A stretch of 32,000 bases of DNA from contig JBCNVM010000002.1 of assembly GCA_039630085.1 (NCBI GenBank), forward strand, positions 101,803-133,802, read 5' to 3'. This DNA is from Candidatus Caldarchaeales archaeon (GTDB lineage: Archaea; Thermoproteota; Nitrososphaeria_A; Caldarchaeales; Calditenuaceae). The notes below the pieces were generated by a model that ran no database searches, had not been told where the DNA came from, and was given only the letters and a program-made list of their open reading frames with translations. Positions 1 to 6,482 of this stretch are shown here, piece after piece; position 1 is the stretch's first letter; each line of letters starts with the position of its first letter. The position numbers were made by a program, and so were the translations under genes.

Positions 1-174
1 CTCTGGCGTAACCTCGAGAGCCCGGAGCTCGACGAGGTGCTGAGGGGCGCGGAGTCGGGCAGGTACAGGCTCAGGGTCGTCGGCCCCGGAGGGCTCGCGT
101 CGGAGAGGGTGGAGGCCTTGGGAGGGATCATAGGGCTGGACAGGGCCCTCGCCTCTATGTTGCCCGCGGAGTGA
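1..174 (+). CDS. 3' end of an unidentified CDS (partial, enters from the window edge)
   Basis: Frame 1 is open from base 1 to a TGA at 172-174 (..LRVVGPGGLASERVEALGGIIGLDRALASMLPAE*). Codon usage resembles neighbouring genes. No recognisable motif. Confidence 0.3.
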   Translation, partial: LWRNLESPELDEVLRGAESGRYRLRVVGPGGLASERVEALGGIIGLDRALASMLPAE

Positions 175-212
175 GGCACGGTTTTCTTTAGGACGGGCCG
201 CCTGAAACCGAG

Positions 213-890
213 TTGCCGCTGGTGGTCAAGATCGGTGGACACGTCTTCGCGAAGGGCGAGCCAGAAATCGACCTGATCAAGGCCTACGCGCGGGTCCTCA
301 GGGAGTCCCACGACGGCTCCGACCGCTGGGTAGTCGTGATGGGAGGAGGCGAGCCCGCGAGGGCCTACATCAGGGCCGCGAGGTCCCTCGGCGCGGACGA
401 GGTCACCTGCGACGAGATCGCGATCGCGGTCACGAGGATCCACGCCACCCTGATGGCCCTCGCGCTGGGCGAGCTGGCGTATCCGGAGGTCGTGAGGGAC
501 ATGGAATCCTTGAGGAGGGCCCTAGCGGTGAGGAGGGTCGCCGTAGCCGGAGGGCTCTGGCCCGGCCAGTCGACGTTCGCGGTATCGGCGCTCTGCGCCG
601 GCGCGATCGGCGCCGACAGGCTCATCGTCGCGACCGACGTCAGGGGCGTCTACGACCGGGACCCGAAGCTCCATCCGGACGCGAGGCTCATCCCGCGGAT
701 GACCTACGACGAGCTCCTCTCCAGGCTCAGCTCGGTCTCCCACAGCGCGGGGGAGTACAAGCTGGTCGACTCGGTGGGCCTCGCGATGCTGAAGAGGTCT
801 GGGGTGAGGCTGCTCTTCGTCGACGGCACCGACCCGGAGAACGTCAGGAGGGCGATACTCAGGGGCGAGGCAGGCACGGTCGTCGAGTGA
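213..890 (+). CDS. pyrH: Uridylate (UMP) kinase, archaeal type (amino-acid kinase fold)
   Basis: 225 aa with a TTG start. N-terminal VVKIGGHVF nucleotide-binding motif and VVVMGGGEPAR, with a length typical of archaeal PyrH. Confidence 0.8.
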   Translation: MPLVVKIGGHVFAKGEPEIDLIKAYARVLRESHDGSDRWVVVMGGGEPARAYIRAARSLGADEVTCDEIAIAVTRIHATLMALALGELAYPEVVRDMESLRRALAVRRVAVAGGLWPGQSTFAVSALCAGAIGADRLIVATDVRGVYDRDPKLHPDARLIPRMTYDELLSRLSSVSHSAGEYKLVDSVGLAMLKRSGVRLLFVDGTDPENVRRAILRGEAGTVVE

Positions 891-895
891 GTCGG

Positions 896-2566
896 TCAGG
901 AAGGCTTCCTAGCCACCATGGCGGCGACGAAGGCGGCCGCGTAGACCAGCACGGTCGCGGCCCCGACGTTGGCGTCCAAGACCCACGCGAGCGCCAGGCC
1001 GCCGAGCGCCGAGGAGGCCGAGATCGCGGCCGAGACCGCCATGTAAGTCGCGGGGCTTCTGGCGAGCAGGTACGCGGTCGCAGGCGGCACGATGAAGGAG
1101 GCCACGGTGGGGACCGCGCCGACTGTCATGAAGGCGGTGATGACCGTCGCCGAGAGCAGCGCCAGGAGGCCGTAGTGGAGGAGCGAGGTCCTCAGCCCGA
1201 TGGACTCGGCGTAGACGGGGTCGACGCAGTAGACCGTCAAGGGCCTCCTCGCCGCGAGGACCGCCGCGATCGAGGCCGCCGAGAGGGCCAGCGACCTGAC
1301 GAGGAACTCGTCCGAGACCGCGAGGACGTCCGCGAAGAGCACGTCCTCGATGTTCAGGGCCGCTCCGCCGGCCATGGAGAGCATCACGACCGCCAAGGCC
1401 AGCATGGAGGTGAAGGTGACCGCGATCGCGACATCGCCCCTCAGCTTCGTCCTCCGCTCGATGTAGGAGACCGAGAGGGCCACCGCGAGGCCGGCGGCGA
1501 GGGCTCCGAGGTAGTAGTCGGCCCCGACCAGGTAGGCAGCGACTAGGCCTGCTATCGCTCCGTGGGAGAGCGCGTCGCCGAAGATCGCCCAGCCCCGCAT
1601 CAGCGCGAAGCTCCCGACCAGAGAGGAGGTGACGGTGACCGCCACCAGCGCGACGACCCCGACCGCGACCACGGCGAAGAAGGCGTCGAGACGCGGCCGC
1701 TCCCGGTGGGAGCTCAGGGCCTCGACGACCTGCATGACGTTCCACCTGACGAGGTCGGCGTAACTTCCGATCCCGCGCTCAGGGTCGAGCCTTTCGTAGT
1801 AGACCGGCCCGAGGACCTCGACCCCAGACCTCGAGGCGAGGTTAGCCGCGACCTCCTTCAGCGTCGTCCCCTCCTCCTCGGCCTCCAAGAGTATCGGAGC
1901 TCGTAGCCGACCGATCTCGACGAAGACCCGCTCCAGCCTCGAGAGCTGCTGCTCGAAGGTCCCAAAGCCCTCGGTGAGCGCGATCGCCCTCACACTTCTC
2001 ATCCCCCTCAGGAGGTCGTCGAGCGAGGGCCTGATCGTCACGACAGCGGCTCCGGGGCTTATCGAGCGGCCCATCTCGTCGACCCACGACGCGAGAAGCC
2101 TCAGCTCCGCGATGGCCCTCTGCCTGTTGAGCTCTATTTTTTCGGAGGCATGGGGGAAGTGCCTAGCGAGGACCCACGCCAGCGCGTCGACGATCCCAGC
2201 GGCGCCCTCGGGCGAGAGCCAGAACGCGGACCTCACCTCGCCGATGCCCAGCAGCTCCGAGAGCCTGTACGTCGGGAGGCCCCTCCTGACCGCGGACGCC
2301 AGCTCTCCGACCCTCGCCTCGGCTCCGTAGCCGACGTAGACGAAGACCTCCGCCCTGACGATCCTCTCGACCGCGCTCGGCCTCATCCTGAAGGACGCGG
2401 AGCTCGACCCGCCGAGGAGGCTCTCAACCCTGACCACGCCATCGCCCACGTCTCCCGCCAAGTCCGCGAGGACCTCCGTCGTGACGAGGACCAGCGGCCG
2501 CTCAGGGACCTCGGACGCGTTCGAGAGGAGGGCAGCTGCTGCAAAGAGCGCGACGAGGGCTAGCAA
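896..2566 (-). CDS. Fusion protein: signal peptide + TroA/ZnuA-like solute-binding domain fused to an ABC-3 (ZnuB/TroC-like) permease
   Basis: 556 aa. The N-terminal hydrophobic leader and about 285 aa follow the cluster-A SBP pattern (LVLVTTEVLADLAGDVGD.., AFWLSPEGA, final LDPERG). The C-terminal about 270 aa is a multi-TM ABC-3 permease (FGDALSHGAIAGLVAAYL). It starts 3 nt after the stop of the ATPase gene. Confidence 0.75.
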   Translation of the reverse strand: MLALVALFAAAALLSNASEVPERPLVLVTTEVLADLAGDVGDGVVRVESLLGGSSSASFRMRPSAVERIVRAEVFVYVGYGAEARVGELASAVRRGLPTYRLSELLGIGEVRSAFWLSPEGAAGIVDALAWVLARHFPHASEKIELNRQRAIAELRLLASWVDEMGRSISPGAAVVTIRPSLDDLLRGMRSVRAIALTEGFGTFEQQLSRLERVFVEIGRLRAPILLEAEEEGTTLKEVAANLASRSGVEVLGPVYYERLDPERGIGSYADLVRWNVMQVVEALSSHRERPRLDAFFAVVAVGVVALVAVTVTSSLVGSFALMRGWAIFGDALSHGAIAGLVAAYLVGADYYLGALAAGLAVALSVSYIERRTKLRGDVAIAVTFTSMLALAVVMLSMAGGAALNIEDVLFADVLAVSDEFLVRSLALSAASIAAVLAARRPLTVYCVDPVYAESIGLRTSLLHYGLLALLSATVITAFMTVGAVPTVASFIVPPATAYLLARSPATYMAVSAAISASSALGGLALAWVLDANVGAATVLVYAAAFVAAMVARKPS

Positions 2567-2569
2567 GGG

Positions 2570-3277
2570 CTACCACTTTCCGTTGTAGGCCTCGGAGAGC
2601 AGCCTTTTCTCGGAGAGGACCTCGTGGGGCTTCCCGACCGCAAAGACGCGCCTGTTGAGGAGCACGACCCTGTCGAAGGGCGTCGGGTCAGGGACGTGGT
2701 GCTCCGAGATGAGGACGTGCTTCCCCCTCCGCTTCTCCTCCTCGAGCGCGGAGATCACCGCTCCCTCGCTGGGCCTGTCGATCGACTCGAAGGGCTCGTC
2801 GAGCAGGTAGACGTCCGGGTCCTGCGCCAGCGCCCTCGCGATCAGCGCCCTCGCGAGCTGACCGCCCGAGAGCTCCGAGAGCCTCCTGTGCCTCAGCCCG
2901 GATATCCCCACCCTCTCCATCGCCTCGTCGGGGTCTGCCCTGAGGCCACGCCCCCTCGCGACCTCCGAGCCCATCTCCACCAGGTCCATCACCCTCAGCG
3001 GCGGGCCGAGCGCGATCGACCTCTGCTGCGGGACGTAGGCGACCCTTCTCCTCACGGACCTGTCGGACCAGGGGTCCGAGCCGAGGACCTCGACCCTACC
3101 TCTGTAAGGCCTAATCAGCCCCGCGAAGGCCCTGAGGAGCGTCGACTTGCCCGCGCCGTTGGGGCCCATCAGCAGCACCATCTCGCCCGCGTTCCCCGAG
3201 AAGGTCACGCCCTCGAGCGCCCTGCTCCCGTTGTAGCCCGCGTAGAGGTCGACGGCCCTGACCAGGACCCCCGGCAT
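2570..3277 (-). CDS. ABC transporter ATP-binding protein (ZnuC/TroB-like metal importer ATPase)
   Basis: 235 aa. Walker A GPNGAGKSTLL, signature LSGGQ and Walker B YLLDEP. Lies immediately upstream of the fused SBP-permease gene. Confidence 0.85.
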   Translation of the reverse strand: MPGVLVRAVDLYAGYNGSRALEGVTFSGNAGEMVLLMGPNGAGKSTLLRAFAGLIRPYRGRVEVLGSDPWSDRSVRRRVAYVPQQRSIALGPPLRVMDLVEMGSEVARGRGLRADPDEAMERVGISGLRHRRLSELSGGQLARALIARALAQDPDVYLLDEPFESIDRPSEGAVISALEEEKRRGKHVLISEHHVPDPTPFDRVVLLNRRVFAVGKPHEVLSEKRLLSEAYNGKW

Positions 3278-3486
3278 CCTGCTGAGTTAACCCTGGTAAA
3301 CAATTTTAACCTTCCTTCACTTTCCGAGCCGGTCACGGATAAATCGGGCGGCGAAGTTATTCGGGGTGCGGCGATGACCGGTCAGGGTTACCGCGACGGA
3401 GTGAGCGGAAGGCGTTTGAGAGAGCCGCGCCGAAGCGCCGGTGACAACCTTTATCTCAAGCCCGAGGACCGTTAGGTGACTATAAC

Positions 3487-4173
3487 ATGCGTCTCAGTCT
3501 AGTGGTCGGGGCGGTCGTCGCGCTGACGTTACTGTTCGCGGTGTCACCGGTCGCTCAGGCGTCGAGGCCGCTCCCGGGGACGAACTTCGCCAATGCTCCC
3601 TCCCTCAGGCCCGGTTCCTACACCTATGACCTCCAGCCCGGCGACCTCCACTTCTTCAGGGTCGACCTCGTCAAGGGGCAAACGCTCTTCGTGGTGGTCA
3701 GGGTTCCGGCTGACCAGGACTTCGACGCGGTCCTCTTCTCGCCGGAGAGGGACCCGATCGAGCAGAGCGTGAGGCCGAGGGGATTCTACGAACGGATCTC
3801 CTACAAGGCCGTCGCCTCAGGCCCCCACTACATCGTGGTGTATCCCTTCGGCCCCTCTAGGGGAGTTTACACGCTCGAGGTCTCGGTGCTCGACGAGCCC
3901 GCGGTTACGGTCACGGTCACCGCGACCGAACTCAGGTACGTCACGGTGACGGTTCCCGGAGCGACTGTAACTGCGCAGGTGGTCTCCTTCAGGACGGTGA
4001 TGCTCGAGCCGAAGGACGTCGGGACCGAGGCCTGGAGCGCGATCGGGATGGGGCTGGTCGCGATCGGGCTGGTCGCTACGGCGGTGATCTTCCACGACTC
4101 CATCACAAAGCTGAGGGGGGCTCAGGGCGCCGAGGCGCGGCCTAGGCAGGAGGGTGGAGGCGAGGGAGGGTGA
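3487..4173 (+). CDS. Secreted, C-terminally membrane-anchored protein with a pre-peptidase C-terminal (PPC)-like beta domain
   Basis: 228 aa. Signal peptide (..VSPVAQA), then a PPC-like pattern (NFANAPSL.PGSYTYDL.PGDLHFFRVDL.KGQTLFVVV..DFDAVLFSP...GPHYIVVYPF..SRGVYTLEV). Followed by a VTVTVT-rich linker, a TM helix and a charged tail. AGGTGA lies 8 nt upstream of the ATG. Confidence 0.6.
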   Translation: MRLSLVVGAVVALTLLFAVSPVAQASRPLPGTNFANAPSLRPGSYTYDLQPGDLHFFRVDLVKGQTLFVVVRVPADQDFDAVLFSPERDPIEQSVRPRGFYERISYKAVASGPHYIVVYPFGPSRGVYTLEVSVLDEPAVTVTVTATELRYVTVTVPGATVTAQVVSFRTVMLEPKDVGTEAWSAIGMGLVAIGLVATAVIFHDSITKLRGAQGAEARPRQEGGGEGG

Positions 4174-4931
4174 CCCGCGCGTTCAGCGGCAGAGTCTTCT
4201 TGGCCGTGGTTTTGGTCGTAGGGCTGGCGCTGGGCCTCTCGGGCTACTTCCTCGGGTACTCGGCGGGACGCGAGGAGGCGCTCGCGGAGTTCAGACAGCT
4301 CAGGTCGGTGAACGAGAGGCTGGGGGCCGAGCTCGAGTCCCTCAACGCGCAGCTCTCCCAGCTCAGGCTCGAGCGGGACGACCTCAGGGTGAGGGTCAAC
4401 TCGCTGCAGGCGAACCTCGCCTCGCTCAGCGAGTCGGTGTCCGCGCTCCAGTCGAGGCTAAGGGCGGCTGAGTCGACCTCGGCGGAGCTCGGCAGGAAGG
4501 CCGAGAGGGCGAGGTCCGTGATCTCGAGCTTAGAGAAGGCGATCGCCATCTACACCCAGATCTCGGGAAGGGACCTGCTCCTCCAGCTCCTCTTCGTTGA
4601 CGTCACGGACGTCCAGCAGCTGAACGAGACCCGCGTCAGGACCTTCCTAACTGAGTACTGGTCCGGGCTGAAGTCGACGGTCGCGGAGTACGAGCCGCAG
4701 CTCACATCCTCGGTCGACAGGATAATCGGCAACATCGGCGGCGTCATCGATTACATCAGGTGGCTTCAGCGCCAGCCGCCCGCCGGGGCGAGCTCCGACG
4801 AGATCCTCAAGTGGCTCCTCGCGTACCCCTCGAGCTTCGACGCGTACCAGGAGTCGGTCCTTCGGTTCCTCGACGAGTTCATGCTCTCCGTCTCCTCGAA
4901 GATCATCGCGCTCCGGGACGTCGGCCTCTGA
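4170..4931 (+). CDS. Membrane-anchored coiled-coil protein, function unknown
   Basis: 253 aa. The GTG start overlaps the previous stop by 4 nt (GTGA). N-terminal TM helix, an about 100-aa heptad-like L/S/E/R-rich segment, then a helical C-terminal domain. Confidence 0.5.
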   Translation: MTRAFSGRVFLAVVLVVGLALGLSGYFLGYSAGREEALAEFRQLRSVNERLGAELESLNAQLSQLRLERDDLRVRVNSLQANLASLSESVSALQSRLRAAESTSAELGRKAERARSVISSLEKAIAIYTQISGRDLLLQLLFVDVTDVQQLNETRVRTFLTEYWSGLKSTVAEYEPQLTSSVDRIIGNIGGVIDYIRWLQRQPPAGASSDEILKWLLAYPSSFDAYQESVLRFLDEFMLSVSSKIIALRDVGL

Positions 4932-4943
4932 CGTCCGGGAAGG

Positions 4944-4954
4944 TCTAAATCGAT
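4944..4954 (+). promoter_or_regulatory. Putative tRNA promoter (TATA-like TCTAAATCGAT)
   Basis: The 9-nt motif TAAATCGAT (4946-4954) lies 34 nt upstream of tRNA-Gln. The identical 9-mer lies 30 nt upstream of tRNA-Phe (28217-28225). Confidence 0.4.
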
Positions 4955-4979
4955 CCGCACGGAACCCGGTGTTGCGGAA

Positions 4980-5089
4980 AGCCCGGTCGTCTAGCGGTCA
5001 AACTGGCCAGAGGACCAGGGATTCCGGGCTTTGGATCCCCTCTGGGGAGGAGGAACCCGGAGACGCCGGTTCGAATCCGGCCCGGGCTA
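4980..5089 (+). tRNA. tRNA-Gln (anticodon UUG) with two introns: 17 nt in the D-loop (5002-5018) and 20 nt at canonical 37/38 (5035-5054)
   Basis: Acceptor AGCCCGG/CCGGGCT with A73. T-arm GCCGG-TTCGAAT-CCGGC. Anticodon stem CCGGG/CCCGG with loop CTTTGGA. Both introns sit in bulge-helix-bulge geometry, and removing them gives a 73-nt cloverleaf. Confidence 0.8.
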
Positions 5090-5109
5090 CCTCAGAGCAC
5101 GACGTCGAG

Positions 5110-6156
5110 ATGCGAAGGGCCTCGGTCAGGTCTACTCTGTGGACCGTCAGCTCCCGCTGGGACCTCGCAGGGCACTTGGAGAGCGTCGCGCACGCAAATA
5201 TACCGGGTCCGACTTCGTTCGTGGGATTGACCGGATTCGGCGAGGTCATCGCGAGGCTCGAGCGCGAGAGGAGGCCCTACGCGATCGCGACCATCGTCAG
5301 GGTCGAGGGCTCCTCGCTGGGGAAGCCGGGGTTCAAGATCGTCGTCGACGGTGAGGGCAGGGTCCTCTACGGGACGCTCGGGGGCGTCTGCCCCGAGGGC
5401 CCGATCGTCTCGGTCGCGGTCGAGGCGATCAGGCAGGACAGGCCGAGGCTCGTCACGGTCCACCTAGTAGGCCCGGAGGAGTCGGTGGCCCGGATGGCGG
5501 CGGGGAAAGCGTCGGAGGACGAGATCTTCGTCGAGACCTTCTGCGGCGGGAGGCTCGAGATCTTCGTCGAGCCGAGATCACCGAGGAGGAGGCTCGTGAT
5601 CGTGGCGCAGGGAGGGAGGGACGACGTCGAGGAGGCGCTGGTGCGTTTCGGGAGGATACTGGGGTTCGAGACGGTCGTCGTCAACCCCGCGCCGGCCCTG
5701 ACCGTCGATCCGGACGTCCTGATCACCGACCTCTCCTTCGACATCGGCTCGCTGAACCTCGGGGAGCGGGACTACGTCGTCGTCTTGACGAAGGGAGGGA
5801 GGGACTTGGAGGTGCTGGAGGGCCTCTCGAGGACGAAGGCGGGCTACGTGGGGCTGGTCGCGAGCAGGAAGCGGGTCGCTAGGAACGTCGAGCTCCTCAG
5901 GTCGAGGGGCGTCAGCGAGGAGTTCATCACGTCCCTCAGCGCTCCAGCAGGGATCGACATCGGGGCCTACACGCCGGAGGAGGTGGCCCTGGCAGTCGTC
6001 GCGGAGATCGTCGCCAAGATCAGGGGCGTGAGGGTGAGGAGGAAGGGAGAGGAGGGGCAGGCACGGGCCGCGGGGCCGACCGGGACGACCGAGGCGGCCG
6101 GAGAGGTCAGGGTAGTGGGTGGGGCCTGCGAGCCTTCGCCGAGGGCCGGGGCCTGA
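5110..6156 (+). CDS. XdhC/CoxI-family molybdenum-cofactor insertion accessory protein
   Basis: N-terminal XdhC_CoxI pattern (YAIATIVRVEGSSLGKPGFKIVVDGEGRVLYGTLGGVCPEG) plus a C-terminal Rossmann-like XdhC_C domain (LVIVAQGG..). The ORF-track start 4969 overlaps the tRNA and is rejected. The first ATG is 5110. A GTG at 5221, preceded by AAATATA (5196-5202), is a plausible leaderless alternative. Confidence 0.7.
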   Translation: MRRASVRSTLWTVSSRWDLAGHLESVAHANIPGPTSFVGLTGFGEVIARLERERRPYAIATIVRVEGSSLGKPGFKIVVDGEGRVLYGTLGGVCPEGPIVSVAVEAIRQDRPRLVTVHLVGPEESVARMAAGKASEDEIFVETFCGGRLEIFVEPRSPRRRLVIVAQGGRDDVEEALVRFGRILGFETVVVNPAPALTVDPDVLITDLSFDIGSLNLGERDYVVVLTKGGRDLEVLEGLSRTKAGYVGLVASRKRVARNVELLRSRGVSEEFITSLSAPAGIDIGAYTPEEVALAVVAEIVAKIRGVRVRRKGEEGQARAAGPTGTTEAAGEVRVVGGACEPSPRAGA

Positions 6157-6176
6157 AGGAGCGACCCGGCTCACGC

Positions 6177-6182
6177 TTATAC
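6177..6182 (+). promoter_or_regulatory. Putative TATA box for the downstream structured RNA
   Basis: TTATAC sits in an otherwise GC-rich spacer, about 30-40 nt upstream of the 5' strand of the terminal helix at 6219. Confidence 0.3.
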
Positions 6183-6209
6183 CCCACTTCTCTCAGTCCA
6201 AGTTGGGGA

Positions 6210-6470
6210 CGGGCAGCTGGGCGGGCTTCGGGGAGATCCCGGGGAAGTTCCTCCCTCCCACGGTGGGCCCGGTGCCGCGAGGCACGGGGGGAGACCCCTG
6301 GCAACGCCACAGAAACGACACCCCTCCGGCCGGATGCGGGCTGACGCGGGAGGTCCCGCCGACGACGGCCGGAGACCGGATGAAACGGGCGTCCCGGGCG
6401 GAGAAAGTGACCGGGGCCGTGAGCCCCACCGTCGAGCCCTGGAGGGACGAGAAGACGGATCCCGCCTAAA
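6210..6470 (+). ncRNA. rnpB: Structured RNA, candidate RNase P RNA (compact, about 250 nt)
   Basis: A 326-bp gap with only shadow ORFs. Terminal helix GGGCGGG (6219-6225) pairs with CCCGCC (6461-6466). On the + strand and in RNase P order: GGGGAAGUUCC (like CR-I GAGGAAAGUCC), GGCAACGCCACAGAAACGA, GGAUGAAACGGG, then GGGACGAGAAGACGGAUCC (like CR-V ACGACAGAACCCGGCUUAUC). Ends are approximate. Confidence 0.55.
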
Positions 6471-6482
6471 ACGGAAGGAGGG

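Noticed and set aside
887-1745. Long ORFs 887-1546 (+) and 909-1745 (-) overlapping the SBP-permease gene
   Set aside because: Their translations are R/G/D/E/P-rich and low-complexity, typical of off-frame reading of GC-rich coding DNA. The 896-2566 frame has clear ABC-3 permease and SBP motifs.
3365-3431. Possible C/D-box or K-turn small RNA in the znuC / PPC-protein divergent spacer
   Set aside because: There is an 8-bp terminal stem, GGTGCGGC/GCCGCGCC, with GATGA just inside. But there is no proper CUGA D box next to the 3' stem strand (it reads TTTGAGAGA), and no convincing C'/D' boxes or 12-nt spacing. The stem may be a regulatory hairpin, but the evidence is too weak to call an RNA gene.
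3893-4085. Repetitive GTCACGGT / GGCTGGTCGC runs
   Set aside because: These are in-frame codon repeats encoding the VTVTVT linker and the GLVAIGLVA TM helix of the PPC-domain protein, not an independent repeat element.
4969-5109. N-terminal extension of the XdhC ORF from GTG 4969
   Set aside because: The extension is simply the translated tRNA-Gln gene (4980-5089), so the real start must lie downstream (5110 or 5221).
6205-6470. Alternative identity of the structured RNA as SRP (7S) RNA, or as a minus-strand gene
   Set aside because: Neither strand shows the helix-8 signature (..CCGGAAGG.AGCA..) expected of SRP RNA. The conserved-region-like motifs occur in RNase P order only on the + strand.
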